Positions 1 to 9,573 of a DNA stretch of 64,000 nucleotides are shown piece by piece (the first letter of the stretch is position 1; the number at the start of each line of letters is the position of its first letter). Made by a program: the position numbers and the translations under genes. Source of the DNA: Gemmatimonas sp. (GTDB lineage Bacteria > Gemmatimonadota > Gemmatimonadetes > Gemmatimonadales > Gemmatimonadaceae); NCBI GenBank assembly GCA_011390935.1, contig JAABRL010000005.1, positions 27,915 through 91,914 on the forward strand, written 5' to 3'. The notes beneath the pieces are model-generated. The model saw only the letters and a program-made list of their open reading frames with translations, ran no database searches and was not told the DNA's origin.

Positions 1-2657
1 CGGCGCGTCGCCGCCTCGCGCTCTACATGTCCTCGATCGCGCTCGGTGTGGCCGCACTCGTGGCCATCGATTCATTCGCCGGCAATGTCACGCGTTCGAT
101 TCGCGAACAGTCGCGCGCACTGCTCGGCGGTGATCTGCAGCTTTCGTCGCGCGCCGAGTTTCCGGCCGTGGTGGACACGCTCATCGATTCGCTGACGCAA
201 GCGGGCGTGGCACATGCGCGCGTGACAACCTTCGCGTCGATGGCATTGGCGGAGCGGAGCGGCGGTACGCGTCTCGTGCAGGTGCGCGCCGTCACCGAAG
301 GGTATCCGTTTTACGGCACGATCGAAACGGCACCCGCCAATCGGTGGAGCAGTGCCCACAACGACGAGCCCGTCGTGTTCGTGGATCCGTCTCTGCTGGT
401 TTCGCTCGACGCCCAAGTCGGCGACTCCTTGCGCCTCGGCAACCAGCACTTTCGCATTGCCGCTGCCCTCGGCAACGTCCCTGGTGACGCCGGCATCACC
501 GCCGTGATCGGACCGCGTGTGTTCGTGTCCGCGCGATGGCTCGATGCGATGGGGTTGCTGCAGATCGGCGCGCGCGCCGAGTACGACGCGGTGCTTCGCT
601 TGCCCGTCGGTGCGGCGAGCACGCGTGACGGGACCAACGCCGCACGCGTGCTGCGCCGTCGCATCGATCCGCGCAGCGCGGATCGCGACGCCGACGAATC
701 GGAGCGCGAACGCGCTGCCGGTGCGCTGGGCGGTGGCGAACGACTCGATGATTCCGTCGGCGTGGCGCCCGCCGAGTCCGCCGATGCCAGCGTGCCGGTC
801 CGCGTGCGTGTGCGCACCGTCGCCGATACGGAACGGGACTTCACCGAAGCCGTGGCGCAGTTGGCAAACTTTCTCTCCGTCATCGGCCTGATCGCGCTGC
901 TGCTCGGCGGCATTGGCGTGGCCAGCGGTGTGCACGCCTTTGTCGTCTCCAAGATCGACACTGTGGCGGTGCTGCGATGCCTTGGCGCGAGCAGCAAACA
1001 GGTGCTCACGCTGTACGTGCTGCAGTCGGCCGTGATGGGACTCGCGGGCGCAACGGTTGGCACGGCCCTCGGCGTGGCCATTCAGTTCGCGCTGCCGGGG
1101 CTCGTGAGTGAAGTGCTCCCGCTCGACGTCTCCCCCACGCTCGAACCACGCGCGATCGCCATGGGACTCGGCATCGGCATCTGGGTGGCGTTGGTCTTCG
1201 CGCTGCGTCCGCTGCTCGCGCTGCGCCGCGTTTCGCCGCTGCAGGCGCTGCGCCGTGCGACCGATGAAGCGGCCATTCCGAGTGAGTGGCGCGATCCGGC
1301 GCGGCTCACCGTCGACGTCCTGCTGCTGTCGAGCATTGTCGGCATTGCCGTGTCACGAACGGGGGCGCTGCGGGATGGTCTCGCCGTCACCGTCGGGATT
1401 CTTGTGGCCGTGCTGGTGCTCTGGTTGTCCGCAACGTTGCTGATCACGGTGGCCCGACGCACCGTGCGCGCCGGCTGGCCCTTTGCCTTCCGGCAGGGCG
1501 TCGCCAATCTCTATCGACCGGCCAATCAGACGCGTTCGGTCACGCTCGCGCTCGGCTTCGGCGCGTTCCTGCTCTCCACGGTGTACCTCGTGCAGAGCAA
1601 CCTGCTCCGACGATTCGAAGTGGCCGAAGAGGCCTCGGCCGGCAACCTGCTCTTCTTCGATGTGCAGGATGACCAGGTGCAAGCGCTGTCCGAGCTCGTG
1701 ACGGTGGGGAATCATCGCATCGTGGAACGCACGCCGATCGTGACCATGCGCGTGTCGGGAGTGAACGGACGCTCTGCACAAGCGCTCATGAACGACACCA
1801 CGGTGGACCGGCCGCGCTGGGTGCTGCGACGCGAGTTCCGGTCGTCGTATCGCGATGCACTATCTCCGTCAGAAGCGTTGGTGAGCGGGACATGGACCGA
1901 AGACCCCGCCGAACGGGAACGCAGGCGCGGCCCGAATGGCCCCTACGAAGTGTCGCTCGAAGAAGGCGTCGCACAGGATCTCATGGTCGCCCTCGGCGAC
2001 ACGATTGTCTGGGATGTACAGGGTGTCCGCGTCCCCAGCGTGGTCACCAGCATTCGCAAGGTGAACTGGGCGCGCTTCGAAACGAACTTCTTCGCGGTGT
2101 TCGCGCCCGAAGCCTTGCGTGAAGCACCGCAGCAGTTCGTGTTGATCGCCAACGTGCCAGACCCCACGACGCTCGCGGCGATTCAGCGCGATGCCGTGCG
2201 CGCCTTCCCGAACGTGTCGAGCCTCGACCTGTCGGCGATTCGCAATACGATCGGAGAGATCGTGGGGCGTGTCACGGTGGCCGTGCGCTTCCTTGGCGTG
2301 TTCTGCCTCGCCATCGGAGTGCCCGTCCTGTTCAGTGCGGTGGCCGCCACGCGTCGTGCGCGACTGCGTGAAGGCGTGCTGCTGCGCACCCTCGGTGCGT
2401 CGCGCGCGCTCGTGCAACGCGTCCTCTTCGCCGAGTACGCGGCGTTGGGGGTGCTGGGTGCGTTCACGGGCATGGTGCTCTCGTTCGGCGGCGCCTGGGC
2501 ACTGATGCGCTGGGTGTTCGACGATGTCTTCGTGCCCGCCTGGGCGGCCGCGGCGGGCATCATGGGCGCCATGGTGCTGCTCACCGTTGGCATCGGCCTG
2601 CTTACGAGTCGCGATGTACACCGCGCCACACCGATGGCGGCGCTCCGCGATTCATGA
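1..2657 (+). CDS. ABC-transporter permease, FtsX/YbbP type with duplicated FtsX domain (5'-partial)
   Basis: ORF 27..2657. The frame stays open back to nt 3 (ARRRLALY precedes the listed Met), so the true start lies upstream of the window. There are two FtsX-like regions (LRCLGASSKQVLTLYVLQSAVMG and LRTLGASRALVQRVLFAEYAALG), each flanked by hydrophobic helices. Confidence 0.85.
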   Translation, partial: ARRRLALYMSSIALGVAALVAIDSFAGNVTRSIREQSRALLGGDLQLSSRAEFPAVVDTLIDSLTQAGVAHARVTTFASMALAERSGGTRLVQVRAVTEGYPFYGTIETAPANRWSSAHNDEPVVFVDPSLLVSLDAQVGDSLRLGNQHFRIAAALGNVPGDAGITAVIGPRVFVSARWLDAMGLLQIGARAEYDAVLRLPVGAASTRDGTNAARVLRRRIDPRSADRDADESERERAAGALGGGERLDDSVGVAPAESADASVPVRVRVRTVADTERDFTEAVAQLANFLSVIGLIALLLGGIGVASGVHAFVVSKIDTVAVLRCLGASSKQVLTLYVLQSAVMGLAGATVGTALGVAIQFALPGLVSEVLPLDVSPTLEPRAIAMGLGIGIWVALVFALRPLLALRRVSPLQALRRATDEAAIPSEWRDPARLTVDVLLLSSIVGIAVSRTGALRDGLAVTVGILVAVLVLWLSATLLITVARRTVRAGWPFAFRQGVANLYRPANQTRSVTLALGFGAFLLSTVYLVQSNLLRRFEVAEEASAGNLLFFDVQDDQVQALSELVTVGNHRIVERTPIVTMRVSGVNGRSAQALMNDTTVDRPRWVLRREFRSSYRDALSPSEALVSGTWTEDPAERERRRGPNGPYEVSLEEGVAQDLMVALGDTIVWDVQGVRVPSVVTSIRKVNWARFETNFFAVFAPEALREAPQQFVLIANVPDPTTLAAIQRDAVRAFPNVSSLDLSAIRNTIGEIVGRVTVAVRFLGVFCLAIGVPVLFSAVAATRRARLREGVLLRTLGASRALVQRVLFAEYAALGVLGAFTGMVLSFGGAWALMRWVFDDVFVPAWAAAAGIMGAMVLLTVGIGLLTSRDVHRATPMAALRDS

Positions 2658-2713
2658 ACACGGCGCGGCTCCGATTGTGCGCTGTTCGGCGCAATCGGAG
2701 CCAGCGTGCGAGG

Positions 2714-3583
2714 TCAGCGGCGCGTGATCACGCCGTAGGAGGGTGAGGCACCCGGCTCCAAGGCCACCCACACGCGCGCGCCCACGAACGCCTGCAGCGG
2801 TGTGGGGACACGCGACAGACCCTGCCGCTCCCCGTCTGCCATGCGCAGTGACCACACGCCACCGTCGTTGGTGAGCACGCCGTCCGCCACCGGGACGCCG
2901 TCAATGGCGCGCACGGTGAACGACGTGACGGCAAGATCACGTGGCCCCACGCGCACACCGCGGACGACGGCCTCCAGTCCGTTCAGCCGCATGAGGTCCG
3001 AGACCGCCATCCCGCTGAGGCCCACCGGCATGGAGGCGGCCGGGCTGACCATTGTGACGCGCACCGCCGGTGCTGTTCCCTCCAGTGTGAGCAGACCGCG
3101 CAGGGTGTCGCTCTCCGTCCGCCGGCCGGCACCGATGGGGCGCGTACCACCTCCCGCGCCCGCCGCGCGCTCGGACGACCGCTGCTGCGTGGCCTGCAGC
3201 GTGCGCTGAGCGTCCGCGCGCACCAGGGAGTCGGCGCGCGCGATCGCACGCGCGGTCATGGCGGCGCCCGTCCCTCCCGCCGTAGGATCAGCGCTCGGTA
3301 CGGCAACGGCCGCCGGTAGCGGCGCATCAGCGGACGTTCCCAGTGTGGTGATCAGCGACGGGTCCAGCTCTCCGGCAGCGATGCGAGCCAGTGTATCGGC
3401 AATCGCGCGGCCGACCGCAATCTGCGCCGCCATGGAGTCGCCACGCCGTGCCGCCGCATCGAGTTCCGCGTCACTGCTGGGCGGCTTCCACTCCGGCTCG
3501 CCGCAGGCAGCGAGCAGCACACAGCCGACCGCGACCGTACGTCGCGCGCGGGCACCGGGTGCGGAGTCAGGGAAGCGAGGCAT
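2714..3583 (-). CDS. Putative lipoprotein, unknown function
   Basis: 289-aa ORF. N-terminus RRTVAVGCVLLAACGE contains a lipobox-like LAAC. No catalytic motif recognised. Confidence 0.5.
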   Translation of the reverse strand: MPRFPDSAPGARARRTVAVGCVLLAACGEPEWKPPSSDAELDAAARRGDSMAAQIAVGRAIADTLARIAAGELDPSLITTLGTSADAPLPAAVAVPSADPTAGGTGAAMTARAIARADSLVRADAQRTLQATQQRSSERAAGAGGGTRPIGAGRRTESDTLRGLLTLEGTAPAVRVTMVSPAASMPVGLSGMAVSDLMRLNGLEAVVRGVRVGPRDLAVTSFTVRAIDGVPVADGVLTNDGGVWSLRMADGERQGLSRVPTPLQAFVGARVWVALEPGASPSYGVITRR

Positions 3584-3701
3584 ACTTCACAATGCGCCCC
3601 GCCCCGCCCGCCCGCCAGCCCTCAAACACGCCCTACGGGACGGTTCGTGCCCCGGGTGTGACGAACGGTGACCCGCCTCACGATCGGGGCGTCTGCCGGG
3701 T

Positions 3702-4715
3702 GTGCATACCCTAGACGACTCCCTCGATACGGTTCGCCTGACGCCCGCCTTCGGCGACCCGCACGCCGCGTGGCGTGCTCGCAATGATGCTGGCGTGTCG
3801 CTCGCGCTCGAGGGCCGTTGGCCTGAAGCGCTCGATGCGTTTTCTGACGCGCTCACGGACGCGCCGTGCTTTGTGGAGGCGCCTGACGTGCATGCGCTGC
3901 TGCATGGCAATCGCGCGCAGGCGCACTTCCACTGCGGCGAGCTGCAACGGGCGGTCGAGAGTGCGCGCCGTGCGCTCGCGGCACGTCTGGTGTGTGGCGA
4001 CGAGGACGACGCACCGGTTGCGCGCATGCGAGCGGACCTGGGCGTGTACCTCGCAGCGTGCGGCGACATCACCGAGGCAGAGCAGAGTCTGCGGGTGGCG
4101 CGCACCTCGCTGGAGACGCGCTTTGGCGACGATGATCTCCGACTTGCCACGGTGCTCGAGAATCAGGCGCGTGTCCAGCTCATGGCCCATCGTCCCGACG
4201 TGGCAGAGCCGCTGCTGCTCCGCCTGCATGCGCTGTTGGAAGAAGGCGGCCAGGCCACGGATACGCTGACTCCGCTCTTCAACGCGGTACGCAGCGCGCG
4301 AGGACCGGGGTTCGCGAACGAGCCGATCGCCGAGCCGGACGCGATCCTCGACGACGAGTCGCTGGATGATTTCGACGTCTTTCCGCTCGAAACCGATGCC
4401 ACCGCGGATTCGCCGGTCGCCGCATCGCTGGAGATCGAGCTCATCGAGCCCGAGGAGGACGATCTGCTGGTGTTCGACGCGCTCCCTGCCAACGTCGAGG
4501 CACCGGATCTGCTCGACGATGCGTTCGAGCTGATCGACGCTGAAGAGTTTCCGCCGATGCGCTCTCCGTCGGCAGCCGCGATTCGTTCAGCCGGTCTGAT
4601 CGAGCCGGGCGCGCATGCGACGCCTCAGGAGGCGATGAAGCGCACGCACCCGCTGGGTTTCGAGATTCAGTACGGCATCCCGCAGGACCAACTGCTCGAC
4701 GGCGACGCCGCCTGA
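3702..4715 (+). CDS. TPR-like helical-repeat protein with acidic C-terminal tail
   Basis: 337-aa ORF with a GTG start at 3702. The N-terminal two thirds form Ala/Leu-rich helical hairpins. The C-terminal third is D/E-rich with repeated DD-hydrophobic-F motifs. Confidence 0.5.
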   Translation: MHTLDDSLDTVRLTPAFGDPHAAWRARNDAGVSLALEGRWPEALDAFSDALTDAPCFVEAPDVHALLHGNRAQAHFHCGELQRAVESARRALAARLVCGDEDDAPVARMRADLGVYLAACGDITEAEQSLRVARTSLETRFGDDDLRLATVLENQARVQLMAHRPDVAEPLLLRLHALLEEGGQATDTLTPLFNAVRSARGPGFANEPIAEPDAILDDESLDDFDVFPLETDATADSPVAASLEIELIEPEEDDLLVFDALPANVEAPDLLDDAFELIDAEEFPPMRSPSAAAIRSAGLIEPGAHATPQEAMKRTHPLGFEIQYGIPQDQLLDGDAA

Positions 4716-4719
4716 ACGA

Positions 4720-4941
4720 TCAGTTCTTGTGGCGGAACGTGATACGACCGCGCGTGAGGTCGTATGGTGAGACCTCGACCGTCACGCGATCGCCGGCGAG
4801 CACACGAATGCGATTGCGACGCATGTTGCCGGCGAGCGTGGTGAGCACTTCATGGCCGCTCTGCACCGTCACGCGGAACGTCGCATTGGGGAGCAGTTCA
4901 GTCACGGTTCCTTCGAGTTCGATTGCGTCCTGCTTACTCAT
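4720..4941 (-). CDS. infA: Translation initiation factor IF-1
   Basis: [73 protein letters not shown] is a canonical 73-aa IF-1 (S1-like fold). The track ORF (to 4998) was trimmed to the ATG at 4941. Confidence 0.97.
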   Translation of the reverse strand: MSKQDAIELEGTVTELLPNATFRVTVQSGHEVLTTLAGNMRRNRIRVLAGDRVTVEVSPYDLTRGRITFRHKN

Positions 4942-5121
4942 GTAGTCCTTGTCGTATCGTGGTGCCAACGCCCCGAAGCGGGGCCAGCCGGGGTGCACCT
5001 CACCCGGACAACCCTGTAATCTACCGCATACGGTGGCCGTTGGGCCACCCCAGCCGCGTGGATTCAGCGACTCGGCACTTCGCGGCGTTGCCCGCCGTCT
5101 TCGACTCGACTCCCCCTTCGC

Positions 5122-6414
5122 ATGGAACCGACGCGCTCGTCAGCCCCTGTTCGCGTTCTCGTCCTTGGTGCCGGCTGGCTCGGAGCACCGTTGGCCGAAG
5201 CGTTCGCCGCCCTCGGGTCGCCGGTCACCACCGTACGCCGCTCCGCGCACGCCGCGCCGAGCGGCGGCCGCGCCGTCCCCTTCGACCTGCAGCGGCTCGC
5301 TGGACGTGACCCGGCGCCTGTGCCCGAATCCTTTCAGGGGCACGATCTGGTCGTGGCCATGGTCGCCCCGGACCGCGCGCGCGGCGACGATCACGAACGC
5401 ACGTACCCGGCGGCCGCGGCGGCGGCCGTCCGCATCGCCACCGCAATCGGCGCGCGCGCGCTGTGCTGGATTTCGAGCACCGGCGTCTACGGCTACACCG
5501 ACGGCCGCGAAGTCACCGAGGAGACTCCTCGATCCGCGGACTCGCCGTCGCAGCGTGCGCTGTGCGAGGCCGAAGACACCATTCTGGCGGCGGCCAGCGA
5601 CACGCTTCGCGTGAGCGTGCTGCGGGCGTCCGGCCTGTACGGCCCCGGTCGAGACCCTGCCCCGCGCTATCGCGATGCCGCGGCCATTGCCCCACGCGCC
5701 GCGCAGTGGGTGAACCTCGCGTGGCGTGATGACGTGATCGCGGCGGTGCAGTGCTGGACCACGCACGCGCTCTCGGAGAACGTACCACCGCGCGTGCTCA
5801 ACGTGTCCGACAGCACGCCACTCACGGTGGCGGAGTGCGCGCGCCTCGTCGCCCGCGCCGATGGACGCGCCTTCGTGATGCCCGAGCCCTCGCCCGATGC
5901 GCCGCCACCAGCGGCCATCATGCGTTCGAATCAGCGCATTCGTGTCGATGCCCTTCGGTCGCTTGGATGGACGCCAGCGGTACCGAATCTGCGCGCCGGA
6001 CTGCTGCAGCTGGGCTATACCCGTCTCGCGCACGAGCAGCAGCCGTATGGTCCCCAGACGGCGCAGATTCGCGCATTCTTGCGCGGGCTCGCCGCGCTCG
6101 ACGTGGCCCGGCATGACGACGCCGTGATGCGCTGGAAAGCACAGACGGGAACACCAGCGTTTGTGCGCGCGGACCGACAGCTCGGCGAGGTACTGATTCG
6201 TGCCGGCCGCGAAGCAGAGCGCGATGCCGCGGCGGGGCCGTTGCTGCAGATGATGCGGTCCGCACCCGCGGAGACGGAGCGCGATCCGCTCGATCCGATT
6301 GCCGAGCCGGCGCTGGCCGTGCTGATGGCGCTGCTTGTGCGCGATCTGCTGCCGGCGGACACCTTCGCCACCCTCACTGCACCACTGCACGAACTTGTGC
6401 CCACGGTTGACTGA
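5122..6414 (+). CDS. NAD(P)-binding Rossmann (SDR/epimerase-like) protein with extra C-terminal domain
   Basis: N-terminal [16 protein letters not shown] glycine-rich dinucleotide-binding motif. An approximately 130-aa helical C-terminal extension has no recognisable family. Confidence 0.6.
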   Translation: MEPTRSSAPVRVLVLGAGWLGAPLAEAFAALGSPVTTVRRSAHAAPSGGRAVPFDLQRLAGRDPAPVPESFQGHDLVVAMVAPDRARGDDHERTYPAAAAAAVRIATAIGARALCWISSTGVYGYTDGREVTEETPRSADSPSQRALCEAEDTILAAASDTLRVSVLRASGLYGPGRDPAPRYRDAAAIAPRAAQWVNLAWRDDVIAAVQCWTTHALSENVPPRVLNVSDSTPLTVAECARLVARADGRAFVMPEPSPDAPPPAAIMRSNQRIRVDALRSLGWTPAVPNLRAGLLQLGYTRLAHEQQPYGPQTAQIRAFLRGLAALDVARHDDAVMRWKAQTGTPAFVRADRQLGEVLIRAGREAERDAAAGPLLQMMRSAPAETERDPLDPIAEPALAVLMALLVRDLLPADTFATLTAPLHELVPTVD

Positions 6415-6423
6415 GCGACGCGA

Positions 6424-6834
6424 TCAGGACACCGTGTCGGGGCGCGGCTCGGCGTCGAGATTGAAGCGCGGGATCACGGCCCGAAACCCCGAGCCGTCCT
6501 CGCGCACGAATCGGTAGTGCCCTTCCATCCATCCGTTGGGCGACTTGAGCACGCAGAAGCTGCGATACTCGTGCACCCGGCCCGGCAGCAGGTGGGGCTG
6601 TTCGCCCACCACGCCCTCACCTTCCACGATGCTGTCGCCACCAACGGGATCGTGAATGCGCCAGTGTCGCGTGCGCAGCTGCGACGCGATCGTGCTCACG
6701 TTCTCGATGCGGATGTGGTACGCAAAGACATACTGGCCGAGCACAGGGCTCGACTGTTCGGCGAGAAACGACGGACGCACGGTGATGCGAATGCCTTCAC
6801 TCTCGCGATAGAAGAACGGACGGGAATTGCTCAT
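6424..6834 (-). CDS. apaG: ApaG (DUF525) protein
   Basis: ITVRPSFLAEQSSPVLGQYVFAYHIRIENVS...RHWRIHDPVGG...EGEGVVGEQPHLLPG...YRSFCVL is typical ApaG. The ATG at 6834 overlaps the upstream stop (ATGA, 6831-6834). Confidence 0.85.
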   Translation of the reverse strand: MSNSRPFFYRESEGIRITVRPSFLAEQSSPVLGQYVFAYHIRIENVSTIASQLRTRHWRIHDPVGGDSIVEGEGVVGEQPHLLPGRVHEYRSFCVLKSPNGWMEGHYRFVREDGSGFRAVIPRFNLDAEPRPDTVS

Positions 6835-8360
6835 GGCGTTTTCTCCTCGCCGATGCGATTGACGGTGGAGACCACCAGGTCGAGTGGCTCGTCGCCGAAC
6901 GGCGGTGACCAGGTACGCGTCATGCCGGGCACCACGTGCGTCTGCCAGCCATCGGCCACGCGCATGCGCACGACCCACAACCACGGGTCCGTACCTTCCA
7001 CGGTTCGCAGTTCGACGATACGCATGCCGCGGTCATCGCGACCGAGCGAGGCGCGTGGCGTGGGTGGAGGTGACGCCGACATCCAGGGCGACGCGGGGAC
7101 CAGAGCGGGGCCGCGGTACGGGCCATCGGCGAGCGTATCGTTCATGCCGGCCTGATTGCGACTGAACGACCGCATGGAAAAGTGCACGTTGCCGCTGGCC
7201 CCCGGATGGACGCGCGTGACCTGGATCTGCTCGAGCAGCTCTGCCACGGTGAACGAACCGGCGCCGGTGGCGCCGGCACGCGACGTGAAGTTGCCGGGCC
7301 ACAGGTGACGTCCCTGTCGATTCTGCGCCGACCACCAGTCCAGCAGCACGCCGTAGCGCTGGCCGACCTTGTACGTGGGCCAATAGAGCTGCGGTGAGAA
7401 GTAGTCGCCCCACCCTTCATGCATCCATTTGCGCGCGTCCGCGTACAACTTTTCGTACGCGTCGAAGCCGCGCACGGCGGACGGCGAACCCGGACGCCAA
7501 ATACCGAACGGACTGATGCCGAACTTCACCCATGGCTTTTCGGCGCGAATCCCCTCGGCCATCTCGCGCACGAGCAGGTTCACATTCTCGCGCCGCCAAT
7601 CGTTGCGCGACAGTTTGCCACCGGCCGACGTGTACTTGGCGTAGCTGGCGTCGTCGGGGAACGGCAGTTCACCACGCCCGCGTGCCTGTGCAATCGGATA
7701 TGGGTAGAAGTAGTCATCGATGTGCACACCATCGATGTCGTACCGCTTCACCACATCGAGAATCACGCGCAACGTGCGCGCGCGCACCTGCGGTTCACCG
7801 GGATCCATCCACAAGAAGCGGCCGTAGCGCTTCACGAGCGCCGGGTTGGTTCGCGAGATGTGCCTGGCGGACGCCGGGCTCTTGGCCTGATCGTTCTGTG
7901 CGCGATACGGATTGAACCACGCGTGCAACTCCAAGCCGCGTGCATGCGCCTCACGCACCGCAAACGCCAACGGATCCCACGCGGGCTGCGGCGCCTGGCC
8001 CATCGCCCCGGTGAGATACTCCGACCACGGTTCGATCTCGCTGGCATACAGCGCGTCCGCCGATGGACGCACCTGGAACACCACCGCGTTGAGATGCATC
8101 TCCGCGGCGCGATCGAGAATGGCGAGCAGCTCACGCTGTTGCTGCGGGACGGGCAGTCCGGGCTTCGAGGGCCAATCGATGTTGGCGACCGTTGCCACCC
8201 ACACGCCGCGGAACTCGCGCGGGATCGGCGGCGCGGAATCGGCCACCACCGACACACCAACCGGCGCCGGTGCACCACGATCGCGAGAGGCGGCTGCCAG
8301 CAGTGGCACCGCCAGAGCCATCACGGCGATGTGCGCGGTGCGAAGGCGAACGCGGCTCAC
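6831..8360 (-). CDS. Glycoside-hydrolase-like family 10 (GHL10, YngK/DUF187-type) secreted protein
   Basis: Signal peptide MSRVRLRTAHIAVMALAVPLLAAAS. FRGVWVATVANIDWPSKPG and the TIM-barrel-like core are typical of GHL10. The GTG start at 8360 overlaps the upstream stop (GTGA). Confidence 0.75.
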   Translation of the reverse strand: MSRVRLRTAHIAVMALAVPLLAAASRDRGAPAPVGVSVVADSAPPIPREFRGVWVATVANIDWPSKPGLPVPQQQRELLAILDRAAEMHLNAVVFQVRPSADALYASEIEPWSEYLTGAMGQAPQPAWDPLAFAVREAHARGLELHAWFNPYRAQNDQAKSPASARHISRTNPALVKRYGRFLWMDPGEPQVRARTLRVILDVVKRYDIDGVHIDDYFYPYPIAQARGRGELPFPDDASYAKYTSAGGKLSRNDWRRENVNLLVREMAEGIRAEKPWVKFGISPFGIWRPGSPSAVRGFDAYEKLYADARKWMHEGWGDYFSPQLYWPTYKVGQRYGVLLDWWSAQNRQGRHLWPGNFTSRAGATGAGSFTVAELLEQIQVTRVHPGASGNVHFSMRSFSRNQAGMNDTLADGPYRGPALVPASPWMSASPPPTPRASLGRDDRGMRIVELRTVEGTDPWLWVVRMRVADGWQTHVVPGMTRTWSPPFGDEPLDLVVSTVNRIGEEKTP

Positions 8361-9559
8361 GCCGTGGCCCCGGCCACGAGCGGCGCACGTTGCATCTCGG
8401 TGAGTACGATGCCAGCCCGACGCGCGGCCTCGGCGGTGCGCTCCGGCGATTGAATGAAGGACACGCGAAAGTATCCCTCCCCACCGGCGCCGAAGCCCAC
8501 GCCCGGCATCACGATCACACCTGTTTCTTCGCGTACCCGATCGGCGAATGCCGCGCTGCCGATTCCATCGGGAAGCGGGATCCAGAGATACATGGTGGAA
8601 CGCGGCGAGGTGACCTCGAAGCCCGCCGTCGCGAACGCCGCCACCGCAGCGTCACGGCGCTCGCGAAACACCGCGAGATTGCCGGGCACGAAGCGCTGAC
8701 GCGCCGACAGTGCCGCTGCGCCAGCCACCTGAATGGGGAGGAAGGTGCCCGTGTCGACGAAGCTCTTCACCTTCGCGAGCGCTCCCGCCAACTCGGGGCG
8801 CGCCACGGCCCAGCCGCTCCGCCACCCCGTCATGTTGAACGTCTTGGAGAGCGAATGAAACTCCATCGCGACCTCACGCGCACCCTCGATTTCGAAGATG
8901 CTCGGCGGCACATAGCCATCGAAGCCGAACTCGGCGTAGGCGTTGTCGAACACCAGCAGCATGTCGTGTTCGACGCACGTGCGTACGGTGCGCTCGAGGT
9001 ACGCACGCGGCGCAATCGCACCGGTGGGATTGTTCGGATAGTTGAGATAGACCACGCGCGTGCGTGCCAGCACATCGGCCGGCAGCGCATCGAGCTCCAC
9101 CAGAAAATCGTGCTCGGCGGACAGTCGCACGATGTGCGGCTCAGCATCGGCGAGCAGCGTGCCCCCCTGATAGGCAGCGTATGCGGGATCAGGGAGCACG
9201 GCCACGTCGCCCGGCTGCAAGAAGGCCGACGCCACATGCGCGAGCCCTTCCTTGCTGCCGAGCAGTGGCACGACCTCCGTGATCGGATCGGTGACTACGC
9301 CGAAGCGCTCGTGCATGTAGGTGGCAATCGCTTCGCGGTACGGCACATGGCCCATGCCGAAGCCGTAGCGATGCATGGCGGAATCAGTGCTCGCGCGCTG
9401 CAGCGCCTCCACGGCCTCAGGGGGCGGCGCCAGGTCGGCGTCACCGGCCCCGAGATCGATGACATCGACACCAGCGGCCAGCAGCGCGCGCTTGCGCGCC
9501 GGAATGTGCGCCAGCGGGTACGGTGGCAGCGCGCCAAGGCGCGCGGAAAAACGCGGCAT
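8357..9559 (-). CDS. PLP-dependent aminotransferase, class I/II (DapL/aspartate-aromatic type)
   Basis: NYPNNPTG and the PLP-lysine motif SLSKTFNMTGWR. 400 aa. Lies directly downstream of hmgA. Confidence 0.85.
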   Translation of the reverse strand: MPRFSARLGALPPYPLAHIPARKRALLAAGVDVIDLGAGDADLAPPPEAVEALQRASTDSAMHRYGFGMGHVPYREAIATYMHERFGVVTDPITEVVPLLGSKEGLAHVASAFLQPGDVAVLPDPAYAAYQGGTLLADAEPHIVRLSAEHDFLVELDALPADVLARTRVVYLNYPNNPTGAIAPRAYLERTVRTCVEHDMLLVFDNAYAEFGFDGYVPPSIFEIEGAREVAMEFHSLSKTFNMTGWRSGWAVARPELAGALAKVKSFVDTGTFLPIQVAGAAALSARQRFVPGNLAVFRERRDAAVAAFATAGFEVTSPRSTMYLWIPLPDGIGSAAFADRVREETGVIVMPGVGFGAGGEGYFRVSFIQSPERTAEAARRAGIVLTEMQRAPLVAGATA

Positions 9560-9573
9560 GCGGGAGAGCGTCC

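Noticed and set aside
3657-3666. The 10-mer GTGACGAACG, shared between the 3.6-kb divergent intergenic region and the 56.4-kb one (56423-56432).
   Set aside because: A single shared 10-mer among about 3 kb of intergenic sequence is within chance expectation in a GC-biased genome. It shows no palindromy or phasing.
5032-5049. Hairpin GGTGGCC-gttg-GGCCACC in the infA upstream region; considered as a terminator or leader structure.
   Set aside because: The stem is short and there is no U tract on either strand. No upstream gene needs a terminator here. The evidence is insufficient to call a feature.
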